Assembly (NCBI GenBank): GCA_012026655.1
Contig: JAAILG010000471.1
Coordinates: 1-64,000 of the forward strand
Reading direction: 5' to 3'
Source: Hydrolagus affinis
Taxonomy: Eukaryota
DNA length: 64,000 nt
Shown: positions 23,246-35,800 of the stretch, one piece after another
How positions within the stretch are numbered: the stretch's first letter is position 1
Layout: the number at the start of each line of letters is the position of its first letter
Notes under the pieces: model-generated
Told to the model about the DNA's origin: nothing
What the model saw: only the letters and a program-made list of their open reading frames with translations
Databases searched by the model: none
Translations under genes and position numbers: made by a program

Positions 23246-24558
23246 CCTTTCAAGTTTGAAGATCCCAGCTTGTGTAATGATTGCTCACAGCTCATTCCTC
23301 TGCTACTGTGCGTCATCCTGGTTGCTCATCTCTACTCTGCCCTCAACCCTCCAATGTCATAGTGACCAGGACAGTGTGCAGTACTGTCGGTGTGGCTTGA
23401 TCAGAGCACAAAATAGCCTCTGGAGATCTATACACACGTGATTTGGCACCTCCCGACGTGAAACTTCGGGAGGTGCCAACGCTCTGTACAAATGTAATGT
23501 TGTTTGCCTTGGTTATTGAAGCAAGCCAACTAACACCGGTTTTGAATTGGAAGCTTCACAAAATGGCTATCAACCCATTATAAATTAGAAACAGAACCTG
23601 TGGCCACACTTCCTTCATAACCCATATGACAGGTCTGGCAAAGCTGGCCTGAATGTTTGCACGGTATCCTAGATACCTAACCGGTCTGGGTGGGGCTGAA
23701 CTATGATAAACTTTACTTTTGTATCCAGCAATGAAATGCCTAAAATGTTGGATTGATTCTTTGCTTTAGTAATAAAGGAGAATTTGAAAACAACTCCGAA
23801 AATTCTTGTTTTTGTTTTCTACCTCCAGAGAAATTGGACGACACCCGCTTGAAGCTAAGATGCCGAGACTCTGCGTAAAGTATTATCATTGGCATTTTTT
23901 TAAAAAAGACAAAGCCAAGGTCTCAGTGGAATCAGTGGTGGAATGCCTGGGGATAGTGCTAAGGCACAAGGCTCTGCTCCTCCCTGGTAATAGTACACCT
24001 CCAAATCACCATGAAAATTTTCAGCGGAAATGCTGCAGCGAAGCCCATTGAGCACAAGATCACAAAATGGTGAGAAGGCAGTTCAGCTTATCTGATCTCA
24101 CCTTCCAGACTAATCACCTTCCATCCCTCCATCACAGCATCACTTTTCAAATGAGTCCAGGGCCTTGGGACACTTTCCCGACATGAAATGCACTCCAAAA
24201 ATGTGATTTTTGTTGTTGTTGTTGGTCTCTACCGTCTTTCCCAGAAACCTGTTCCAGTCATCGATTTTTTCAGATTTTTATGCAATCACTCAATTGACTA
24301 AATTACTGGAATTGTTCATTGCGTTTTACGTTGGCGTCTGTGTCTCTGACTTTGTCTCCAGTGACTGAGTTGCACTTAACATAAACAATATTTAATGCAT
24401 CTGCAGCGCTTATTTCACAATGTGGGTTTATCTGCAGAACACATTGCAGCAAATCACCAACCTCGCTTCGACAGACTCAAAACCCTGACACGAGGCTTGA
24501 ACTGACAACCTTCTGACTTACTAAGCTGGAGCGACTGAGCCAGGCTGACAAATAATAA

Positions 24559-24725
24559 GCTAATATTTCAGGTCTATGGCCTTTCATCAGAGTTCTGACA
24601 AAAGATGATAGACCTGAAATGTTAACTAATTTTCCGCTCTCCATAGATGCTGCCTGACCTGCTGCATGTTCTCAGTTGCTCTTGTTTTTATTTCAGATTT
24701 CCAGGATCTGCAGTATTTTGCTTTT
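24559..24725 (+). mobile_element. Short Penelope-like terminal insertion with inverted 5' duplication and 13-bp TSD
   Basis: TGACAAATAATAA at 24546-24558 and 24726-24738; inverted arms 24559-24591 and 24594-24626; body gatgctgcctgacctgctg ... atttcagatttccag. Confidence 0.7.
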
Positions 24726-25487
24726 TGACAAATAATAACTTGCTTTCCTCCCAGCTTCATCGATGGCTGTGGGTTCCTAAATCAGGCCAATACTTGTCAT
24801 GGAGGTGACTGGAAGACGGACATTTGTGTGTCTCCGGGCAAAGCACAAATTATCATTGTAGATGCTCAGCTTGTCTTTGCTCACCTGTACTTCATATAAG
24901 AATTGTAACAGCATCTCCAATACGTCAACAATAGTAATGGACAAAGTACCAAGTGTGTTTTATATGGAATAATAATAATAATCCTTGCAGTAATGGAACA
25001 TCATGTCATGGAAATGCCTCAAAGTGCTTCACAGGATTTATTGCAGTGTAAGTATTATACTATAGTATACTGTGCAATTTGTGGGTAAATATTACAGTTG
25101 TTCATTCCCAAATCTTCCACTGGAGGGAACTGTTTGCAAACTTAAGTTTGTTCAGATCTGGCTGTCAACGATCTCATCTGGATTAGTTGGACCCGTGAAG
25201 ATAAAAACCTGAAAAAGATTTAAAATGTTGACCAGATGGGCAGCAAATCACATCGAAACATCTCAGAAAACATTTCTGACTTTGTGTGTAAAGCGTTGTG
25301 AGCGCGGTAGTCAATTGACACACAGAAAAACGTCCCACAAACACCCATGAAGTGAATGATCAATTTTATCCAGGGGAATGTTGGCCGGGACATCAGGAGA
25401 AACTCCCTTCTATTTTCGAATGGTGCCGTGGGATCTTTGATGTCCACCTGAACAAACACAAATGAGAGCTCAGTTCCTTAACTCAGA

Positions 25488-25804
25488 TGGAGTTCCTGTA
25501 GCTCAGTGGTTAGAGCCACTCGCCTTACAAGCATGAGCCCTGTGTTCGAATCCAGGCAGATCAGGGTGAAACCTTGGGCAAGTTTCCTCATGCCTAATAA
25601 TAATGCATCCCAAAAAGAACCCACAATAATAAAAATTGGTCATTTCAATCCATGATTGTTTATGGGACACTGCTGTGCGCAATTGGCTGCCGCGTTTCGC
25701 CCACAAATATACAGTCAACTCACTTTACAATATATCCTATGAAGCACTTTGAGATGTCGATAAGATGTGAAAAGCGCTATGTCAAATGCAAGGTTTATTA
25801 TTAT
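25488..25804 (+). mobile_element. Young tRNA-headed SINE, full length
   Basis: A/B boxes, family body and (TTA)n tail; abuts a truncated minus-strand Deu SINE (~25320-25475). Confidence 0.9.
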
Positions 25805-26461
25805 GATGCCTTGGTGAGCATTGGCCATCCTCCCCGCAGCTTTCTTCCTTATCCTCATATGGAACGAAGTCATCAAACCTGTTGGGAAAGGTTTCCCTGG
25901 GTCGCCACTATGCTGCGGACTGTCAGTCCCACACTATATTAAATGCAAGGATTATTATTATCATAGATGAAGGATGGCACCGCTGTGTATTTTGATGCAT
26001 AAAGTCTGAACTGAAAACAGGGTCAGAGTTGAAATAGTAGCGGAAGGGGAAGCGGAAGGAATGCGAGGGCAAATAGAGTCAAGAATTTGAACGTTGGGAT
26101 CCACTGTATTAACAATAACTGTATCCTTGACCCCGATGAATGCATCAAACGACGACATCCACAATTTAGCTCGCATCGCACTTCCAGTGCTCGGGGTATG
26201 ACTGCTTGTGTGGAAGAAAGCAGCTGTGAGAATGTCAACCTTGCACCAGGCGTGGAGACAGCCTATATTCCCAGCTGCTGCAAAGCACCAGTTGCAGCCG
26301 ATTAATTTGGAACACAATCGGTAGGAAATGGATTTTCAGATTGCAGGAAACCGCACAGCATTCATGCCAGAGCTCATAAATTTTAATTTGCCCTCGGAGA
26401 GCATTTCCACTTGGCCTAATGCGCGGACAACAAAAAACGCGTCTTCCTCCGTCCATCCCTC

Positions 26462-26527
26462 ATACGACGACAGCAACGGCTCGCATTTATATATCGCCCT
26501 TCACGCCGGACGGCGTCTCGCAGCGCT
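26462..26527 (-). mobile_element. L2 terminal fragment, CpG-rich
   Basis: Aligns to the reverse complement of 18061-18129. Confidence 0.7.
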
Positions 26528-26558
26528 CAAGCAAACACACATGACATGAAGCAAACGC

Positions 26559-26559
<1 letters not shown>

Positions 26560-26589
<30 letters not shown>
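26560..26589. repeat. (CT)n microsatellite
   Basis: Perfect dinucleotide run. Confidence 0.95.
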
Positions 26590-26594
<5 letters not shown>

Positions 26595-27067
26595 CCTTCA
26601 CAGCCTCTCCCCTTTGCCTTTTTCTGGGGCTTTGCAGTGCACTGAGTGAAGGATTTATTTGCTGGTTTACGAGTTTGTACAGAAACCAGTCTGAAGATAT
26701 TCAGAGTTCCACTCCTCTGCCTCTAAAAAACTGAAATGATCAATAAATCAGGCAGATGGACCACTTAACGCTCACCCAGACAACCCCAACCCTCCCCCTC
26801 AACACACACACACACAGACGTGAATAGAACTCCTCCACACAAGTATACATTGGGGCTGAAAATGCAACATTTGCGAACCTGGAGTCGCTGCATTAATTGT
26901 GACCTTTGTGTCTGAGATCCTGTGATTTTCTGCACAAATGGTGAAAATAAAATGCCTTCCCGGCACTCGCAATTCCAGCGCATCTCATGGTTGGAACGAT
27001 GCCGTACACAGCTCAACCTTCACTGCTACAGTGCTGAACGGATGCTGAGAACTCAACAAAGGGACAT

Positions 27068-27376
27068 TAAGATTATTCTTGCATTTGATGTCGCGCTTTT
27101 CTAAACGTATCAAAGCGCTTCATAGAATATACTGTAAAGTGACTTGATTGTATATTTGTGGGTGAAACACGGCAGCCAATTGCACACAGCAGCGTTGCAC
27201 AAACAGTCGTGGACTGAAGTGACCCATTTATTATTGTTGTTTTCTTTTTCTTGAGGGATTATTATCAGGCATGTGGTGTAAGGAAACTTGCCCAAGGTTT
27301 GGCCCTGCCTGGAATTGAACGCAGGACTCTCGCTTGCAGAGCGAGTGCTCTAACCAGTGAGCTACAGGACTCCACA
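27068..27376 (-). mobile_element. tRNA-headed SINE (short form)
   Basis: Reverse complement of the family sequence. Confidence 0.88.
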
Positions 27377-28146
27377 ATCATCACAATAATAATCCTTGCA
27401 TCTGATATAGGGCCTTATTACGTCGTCACGATGTCTCAATGCATTTCACAGTATATACTGTAGAGTGGATTGACTGTGTATTTTGTGGGCAGAATGCAGC
27501 AGGCAATTGTCAGCAGTTATATATAACCTCCTCTACACAGCGATGTGCCACAAACAGCTGTGCAGTGAAGTGACCAATTTTGCTTTGAAGGATTTATTAG
27601 TCAGGACATTGGGAGAAACTCCTTTCTCTTTTCAAACAGTGTCGCGGGGATCTTTAACATCCACCCGAACAGGCAGGCGGGACCTCATCTCAGCCACCAC
27701 TTCTTGTTGCTATAAAACAGTGTTGCGTTGTCTAAATGTTGTGCTGACTGTCCAGCGCCTTGGGACGTCCTCCTGATGTGAAAGGCGCTGAACAAGTGTA
27801 ATCTTGTTATCCTCTTGTTGTTCTGGTGGTAATAATTGTGGTCAACGTTTAGTTTCTCTATGATTCTGATATCTGGCTCGGCCTGATTTTATAACGCATA
27901 TGTATCCTTGCAGTTGATATAGTGCCTGATCTGGAGGCCATCTCAAAGCGCTTTGAAAAGTAAAGTGTGGTGATTGTATGCTGCTGGCAACCGCATTGCA
28001 AATTAATGCTTCAGATGGTGGCAAGGGGAGAAACCGAGAATGCACCTAGGAACATGTTGACTTCAAATAAATGTGTGCCTGATCCATCACAAAAATGACA
28101 ACTCACCAACTCATTCGCTTCCATTATATAAACCAAGCATAATAAC

Positions 28147-28463
28147 TGTAGCTCCTGTAGCTCAGTGGTAAGAGCACTCGCCTTACGAGCGTGAGACCTG
28201 TGTTTCGAATCCAGGCAGATCAGGGCGAAACCTTGGATAAATTTCCTTACTCCACACGCCGAATAATAATCCGTCCCAAAAAAACCACAATCAAAAAATT
28301 GGTCATTTCAATCCACGACTGTTTGTGGGACACTGCTGTGCGCAATTGGCTGCTGCGTTTCGCCCACAATATATTCTTTACAATAGATTCTGTGAAGTGC
28401 TTTGCTATGTTGATAAGATGTGAAAAGCGCTATATCAAATGCAAGAATAATAATTATTATTAT
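28147..28463 (+). mobile_element. Young tRNA-headed SINE, full length
   Basis: A/B boxes, body and (TTA)n tail. Confidence 0.9.
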
Positions 28464-28579
28464 TCTAATATATAAACCAAAATCTCAATCCAAACTGATA
28501 CATTTGCCAAGTACCCAATTTGTAATGTTTAGGTCCTCAGACAAAGTGAGAACTGCTAGCCTTTCCATGGCGAGTGGTA

Positions 28580-28865
28580 TCAGAGCTCTAAGTCGGAACC
28601 CAGTTGTTAGTCGATTGCTGGATTGCTGTCTGGGAAGTTGGGGGGAGGTAATAATCCCTTGAAAAAAAAGTAATAATAATTCGGTAATTCAATTCACGAC
28701 TGTTTGTGGGACCCTGCACGCAAATGGCTGCCATGTTTCTCCCGTAAAATATACAGTCAATTCAGCATACAGTATATTATTGAGATGTCTCAGTGACGTG
28801 AAAAGGTGCTGTATGAAATGCGAGGATTATAATAATAAAACATTATTTATTATTATTATTATTAT
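28580..28865 (+). mobile_element. Long-form SINE, headless
   Basis: ggaacccagttgttagtcgattg internal module and shared tail. Confidence 0.7.
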
Positions 28866-29963
28866 CTACTAATCAGAGGTCCCAGCCTTGTGCAACAAGT
28901 GAGTTTGCTTAATGTTTTTAACAAAATGGGTTGAGGCGTAAGTAGTTTTGCTGATCGATTATTTCCTTTATCCAAACCTGGCTCATATAAATCCCGATCC
29001 GAGCAGACAAACTGCAGTACTGTCGAGATGCCTGCATACAACACATTACTCTCTCTGCTTTGCTAATGATGGAAAATGGGATTTGGGGACGTGAAGAGTG
29101 GGGGGTATGGGGGGATGGGGGGGTGCAAATTGTTTGCAAAATGCGTCTGTTGAGCTTTTCGCAGGAACTCATGAATGATGCTCTTGCAAAGAACCACCAC
29201 AAGATGGAGAACACCTTTTTGTTTTGTAAGGTTCCATTAATGCCAGCTCGTGAACCCAGTTGCGTTGCACTGATAGGCAAGCAGATCTCTTCATACCACA
29301 AAATATTTTTGACATCTGGTAACTTTTGCTGGCATTTCATTCTTGTCTCGGGCTAGGCTTCATTCATCCGCAAAACACACATTCACTGCACTTTACAGAA
29401 TATCCTGTGAAGCGCTTTAGGAAGTACTCCCAAACATAAAAAGCACTGTATCAAATGTAAGGATTATTATTATTAGTTTTACTTTCATTATTATTCCGTG
29501 AACAAGTAAATCAACTGATGAAATCATGCACCTCATGCACTGTAATAAAATTATTGCTTCTCTGCATTGACTTCTCATTGTTTGAGTATTTTTTAACAAT
29601 GACAACAACAACAAAATGACATTTATAGAGTGCCTTTCACATTGTGAGGATGTCCCTAGACTGCTAGATCCACATCTAGGTTTATATACACATATATATA
29701 TATATATATATACACACTTGAGTAATTGCCTCTTAAAACTCAGGTTGCCTTTCCCAATAAATTGAATAGCGCCATTCCATGACAGCCACATCAAGTGAAA
29801 CAAAGGTTGTCTGTTAATCTTGATGTGACTGTTTTTCTTCCTTTGAACCATTACGCTAACAAAATATACAGTTATTTAACTTTACCATATGTTCTGTGAA
29901 GGGCGTTGAGACGTCTCAAAGATGTGATACGGAGTAATGTCAAATGCAACAATTATTACTATT

Positions 29964-30200
29964 ACAACAAGAGGATAAGGAGATTACACTTATATAGCGC
30001 CTTTCATGTCGGGAGGACGTGCCAAGATGCTGGATAGTCAGTATTTTGGACCCGAGCTGGGATTGGGATCAGGGAGGGAGGAGAGAAGGGAGAGGAAGGG
30101 TTGATCGATGGCACGGTTGAAAAGGTGGGTCTAGAGGGAGGGGTAGGGGGGTGAGGTGGAGGGATTGTGGGATGGAATTCCAAACGTTAGGGGCACAGTG
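29964..30200 (-). mobile_element. L2 3' fragment
   Basis: Reverse L2 stem and tail, purine-rich 3'UTR on the plus strand. Confidence 0.75.
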
Positions 30201-31361
30201 GCTTGTTAAAGTTATGAGAGTTTTGCTTCTGAACACCTTTACCACAATATTATATCAAATGCATCAGAGGTGCATGCAAAGTCAGAGGTGCCACCCTTCA
30301 GGTGAAGCATTACAAATACACAGTCACTACACTTTACAGTCAATTCTGCAAATCGCTTTGAGACATCCTCTCGACGTGAAGGGGGCTACACCAAATAGAA
30401 TATTTAAAAAAAATATCGAATAAGGTAGATTAGATTAAAAGTCTAGTACCGGAGCCAGCTGAATTCATTCCCTCTGTGTGACATGCAGAGAAAATGTGTA
30501 GTCTAACCAAACACAAACCTGAAATAAACCCAAGAAGAGCCAGCAACTGTTTAAAAATGTATTTACTCTATTAAAATTAAGCCTGGTGTAAGTACACAGG
30601 TCTTTTATGAGCAGAATTTGCTTGTATATTAATAAATGAAGTCTGAAGAAGCCGTGTCTCATACAAGTTTTTTTTATAGCTAGTGAACTGCTAATTACGA
30701 GAGTGACTTGCAAGCCTGGTACAGGATGTGATTATGGCACCTATGAAAGAATATTGCTAAGTATTGCAGGGGTTTTTTTGCTTCCTGCTCTGTAATAAAG
30801 GAGAGGCCACCCTATGAATGCAGGAGCTCTCGCCAAGTCAAACTAATAATGGACAGAAGCTGTTTACTTTGTGTTTTCATTGTGGACTGCCTCGTCTCGT
30901 TGGCAGAAGTGGTTATTCTGCTGCAAACAACGAGTCCAGAACAGGCACCAGCATTTAGGGGCAACAATGCTCTAGGGCCAGTTCCCAGCTTTTATCACGC
31001 TTGTGCATCAAGAGCAGCAATGAAAATAGTTGTGGTACAAGTTTCTCCCAAGAAAGAGCCTGACTTCCTTTGTTTGTACAGCACTTCCTGGTAGTTATGA
31101 CTGACTGTACGTAACTCTTTGAGTGCCGTCTGCCCCATTTTCTATGTGACTCACAGAAAATGCAGTGTATTTTTTTAAACTCAAAACAGCACGTGTAGCA
31201 GAGTGACTGTAACACACGTCTGGTCTGAAACTCGCTGCTGGTGGATGATGTTGAAAAGATTCCAACAACTCGACGAGCTTCCCAAAGCATTGCTTTTCCT
31301 TTTATGGCGCAGTTCGCGGACCAACTGGGAAGCACTGAGACAGCAAATGCTTTGGTGACAG

Positions 31362-31547
31362 TTCTCTCCTCCTTCAAGTCTCACCTCAAGACTCTCCTCT
31401 TTGATGGACCCATTGGAAACTCCTAATCTCCCCATTCCCTCACCCTACCTGTCCTCAGCTCGGGTCTGAAATAGTGACTGTCCAGCGCCTTGGGACGTCC
31501 TCCTGATCTGAAAGGCACTATACAAGTGTAATTTTGTTGTTGTTGTT
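31362..31547 (+). mobile_element. L2 3' fragment
   Basis: LSSFKSHLKTLLF ORF2 end, stem and (TTG)n. Confidence 0.85.
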
Positions 31548-31593
31548 CTCTCACTCTTACCAGGACATCCACAAAGTCCTCTTACCTTCCTTT

Positions 31594-31770
31594 ACAAAGC
31601 GGTGCTATGTGACTATGGAGGAGCTGAAACAAGCTGTCGGGAGGTGCATTTTGCCCTCGTCGCTGTATCGTGTTATAGAAGATGTGACACCAAACATGGT
31701 GATGGATTATTAACTACCATGAAGAAGATGGCACTCGCTCACACTCATCCTCTGGACATCTGGAAGTCTA
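31594..31770 (+). mobile_element. Fossil C-terminal fragment of a Tc1/mariner-superfamily transposase
   Basis: With frameshifts and stops reads YVTMEELKQAV...KM*HQTW*WIINYHEEDG..AHTHPLD, resembling recalled TxEELKQAV...KMSHRTWRRI.LC.E.DGAHTDPLD termini. Confidence 0.5.
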
Positions 31771-32814
31771 AACACAGTTAAATACTTGTACTGAATAATA
31801 TTAAGCAATAATAATAATAATCCTTGCATTTGATATAGTTCCTTATCATGGTTTCAAGACATCTCAAAGTACTTCGCCGAATAAAGTACTCCTAAATACA
31901 ATTATCATCATTCTTCCACATGTCTCAGATGTTTGGCAGCGCACTGTGTCCAAAACATATGAGATTATCAGGACTTTGTGGAGGTACAACAGCTACTTGC
32001 ATTGATATAGCGTCCTTCACCAGGATAGCATCGGAGAGTACTGCAACAGGCAGATGAGTAATGAATGATAGAGATAAAATGAGATGAATGCTCAAGTCAG
32101 AGGCCATGGAAAGTACAAAGGATTTCATTGGTGAAGAAGATTTTGCTCTCTCCCTTGATTTATAAATTCTGCATTCCACAATTTACCATCAGTCTTCCTG
32201 AAGCACTGAATTGAATCACTTTCTGTCAAATAAAGACATCACTTCAAATAAAGCAAACTACACCTCGAGGAACAGTGCTTTGTGGCCTCTGTAACATGGC
32301 TATTTTTATACTCATGTTGGCTCAATCAATGATTTTCACACAGTTCTGTTTCCTGGCTTTAACGTTTGCACTTATCATGAATTGATAGGGGTACCACAAT
32401 ATATGCTAGTTTTGGAAATAACAAGACAGATAACAATTTAAATCACCATTTATTGTTCAATGTTTGTATTCTTTGCAAAATGAAATGAATAAAAGCACGC
32501 GCTGCACACCAAATAAGAAGGAAATGAATTATCGTTGTTAACATAACAGTCAGTAGAGTTATTGGTTGCACTAATGTGGTACTCAGGGCACTGATTGATG
32601 ATTATGGATATCTCTTTAAGAGCCACATACAACTTGTGCAAAGATAAGGGTTCAAAGTAGTCCAAGACTTTTACTCAGCTACGATACAAGTGGTACACAA
32701 TTCGAGCTGGATGAAGGTTTAGTCGTTGGTGTAGATGGAGAAATTAGCCTGTGGGTCGCTGCAATAACCCAACATTTTTCCTATATAGTATTTTCTCCAT
32801 CAGACTAATATTTA

Positions 32815-32895
32815 ATAAGAACATAGGAAAGGGAGTAAGCCATTGAGCTCCTCGAGCCTGTTCTGCCATTCTATAAGATCATGGCTGATCAGATC
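32815..32895 (-). mobile_element. CR1 3' terminus
   Basis: taagaacatagg ... gagcctgttctgccattctataagatcatggctgatc. Confidence 0.75.
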
Positions 32896-35800
32896 TAACC
32901 TGACACTCCAATGCAGCGCTGGTGAAGTTTTGCATTGAAGGAGGTGCCATCCTTCAGGTGAGCAGTTAAATCAAGGCCTTGTCTGTCTGTTCAGGTGGAC
33001 AGCAAACATCCCATGGCACTATTCAAAAAGAATTTGGCAAATTTCTTATTGATTCTGTTTTTTAACCTTGAAACCCGTTTCTTAAAAGAAACCTAAAAGA
33101 AAAAAAAATGGTTTTGAAAAGTCGATCATTTAAGAATTTTGCCAAATTCTGTGTTTCTCTGAAATGTTAAGTTAATTAATTACTCCCCCTCACCAACCCT
33201 CCCATAAATTCCCTCAGTAACTCATGCAATGTAATATACAGTTACCTTCTACTTAGTAGTTCCTCGTGGCAAACAGATGGAGCTATAATTTTGTGGTCGA
33301 CTAGAACGCTCTGATTGATTGATCCATTAATAAGATGTCACAGGAATATCTGCAGAAAGCTATTCCACATGTTTGATGGATCAAGGCAGTGAAAGTGTTT
33401 TTTTGCTGGAAAATTCCAGCTTGCAGTACTTGTGAATTTCTCTCTTACCCCAAATCTCATAAGTTCGGCTTCTAGATGCAGAAAACATGTAAATACTGTA
33501 CACTGTTTGATACAATATTTGCAACCATATGATATCATGATGAAAAAACAATTAAAGGAAACACATCTTTAAGTTATGAAGTTAACTTAAGCTACTGCCA
33601 TTTTAATACACCATTGGCATTCCTGTTTCATTTACAACAATAATAATAATCCTTACATTTGATATAGTACTTTTTTTGCGTCTTCTAGACGTCTCATAAT
33701 ACAGGAAACCTGGATCCCATAGTGCCGTGGGGTCTTTAATGATCACTTGAACAGGCAGCTGTGATCTAGGTTTAACATCACATCATGTCTCTAACAATGC
33801 AGTGCAACCCCCCAGCATTGCACGAGTCACTAGTTAATACTCACATTTTACGCGGAGCAGTCAAAATGACCAATCTGAGGTGGTCATTACCTAGTCATAC
33901 TCTTATCTTTTAAGCAGGAGCCAGATACATGATTACATTCTGCCTTTGATTATTGCTCCAGTGGCCGGGTTACAGTGAGTGTTGCTGGCTGTGGGAGAGT
34001 TGATTGATTGATGTTCAGAAGAGAGTTTAAAGCAACATGCGGTGAACTCTCATGGTCTCCCTTCTGATATACTGTAAGAAACATGCTTTTTTTAAAATCT
34101 ATGACAAGAGCATTCATCCAACTTTAGCTTTTCTGCCCAGTCTAGCTCAAGAGCAATGGCAAAACCGCCTGGTAAAACAGACAAATGAAGACGATTTACC
34201 CAGTTACATAACGTCCAACAATATAAATTTACTCATTTAAAGATTTTTAAACGTGTCCACCTTACACTCCGCACCAGATTGTTAAAAAGAAACGCGCAGG
34301 CCTGATTGATGCGCTGAAATGTTTTGCTGTAAGAAAACAACAAATAACCGTACTTTAGCTTGGAGACAACAATTATATGGTGAGGGTCAGAGCCAGGCAC
34401 ATCGCAAAAAGTGATTTGGGTTTGGGATGCAAATGAGCTGCCAAGGAAGTGAGTTGTCTTACAGCCCACCCACAGGCCCAAGGCAGTGTGTCACGCAATG
34501 CCTAGGGATGTGATTTATGCCACTTGAAGAGAAATTACACTGATACTCTCAGAGAAAATAGCCTCCACTTGGGCCATATGTTATACAAAGGAAACTGGAA
34601 GCACATTGTCTGGAAGATTAAGTTATTTTATACATTTTAGGAATTTGGATACAATTAGTGACAGTATTTGCTCATGCTGGACATTGTCTCTTGCTGTCTA
34701 TATGTTTACTTTAAATTAGAGCGACAACCTTTAAATATTCCACCAATTTACTGTTGTGCGTGTGTCTGGCGAGTGTGCGTGTGGGGGGAGAATACAAAGT
34801 TATGTCTGAATTATCATTATCCTCATTTGCTCTTTTCAAATCGTTCGGCTTCTTGTTAAAACCGGGGGCAACTGGTGTACAGAAGGGTAAACTTTTACCA
34901 TGTCGTTCAGCGCAAAATCTAATCAACATCTGTCAATCGGGCTTCGTATCGTCTTTGAAACTCAAAATGTTTCGTCCAGGACTTGCCCAAGGTTCACCAC
35001 TTTACGGCTGACACTCCCCGCCCATGCCCACACCCTGTTTACTCACTGCAGAATCTGAGGAGAAGCTGCCAAGGTGAAAATATGATTGCAGTCATGGGAG
35101 CCACACCCAGGGCAGCACCATTTGCCAGGACACCATAAAAAACAATGGTTTTAATAAAAACTTTTCTCTTGGATTGTCTGTGAAACCGGACCAATCGTGT
35201 GGATGTCCATTCCTGTGTTATTGTCCGATTTTTGATCTCAGCGCTCGCTGCCAGTTCTCCGTGTGGAACTGTGACAAGAGGATAATTAAGGTTGCCCAAC
35301 ATGGGTGACTGAGGCCAGGGTAATGGGACTGATATGATAAAGCAGCTTGGTGCTGAGAGGACATGTGGGTAGGTGTTCTGGAGATGAGATGAGATGGGAC
35401 AGAGGGCCTTCTTCATCGAAACCAATCTAGTGATCTTGTGAACACTTTTGGTGGAAAGTGCGGGTGTACTGCAAACACACTACTCTTCTTTCTAGCACTG
35501 CACAGCATGTTAATGGCATCAATGAGGTAACCACCCAGAGGCAAGACTTCTGACAGGACCATCTTTGTAACGGCTCAGAAATGAAATATAATTTTTTTTG
35601 TTCAGAAAGTTCCTTTCAACCAAAACTTCCTTTAAAAAATTCAGTGCTTTCCATCTGACTCCCTTGTTAAGGAAACTGGTTCCAAAATACTGTACCACAC
35701 ATAGGATCCCAAATAATAAAGGTTTTATTTAAACTTGAACAGCAGGGCAGCAAAGTAAAGGACATGTCCTTTATTCACTAAAATAAGACACGTTCCTCAA

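Noticed and set aside
21590-23690. Putative RBBP8NL first exon/promoter (minus-strand donor-like sites near 21600 and 22125, GRHL-like motifs)
   Set aside because: Several equally plausible donors and only imperfect motifs; cannot be placed without transcript data.
25488-25560. tRNA-like sequences (also at 5856, 28147, 54800, 56100, 63819)
   Set aside because: They are SINE heads: no proper acceptor stem, variable anticodon loop, and they run directly into SINE bodies.
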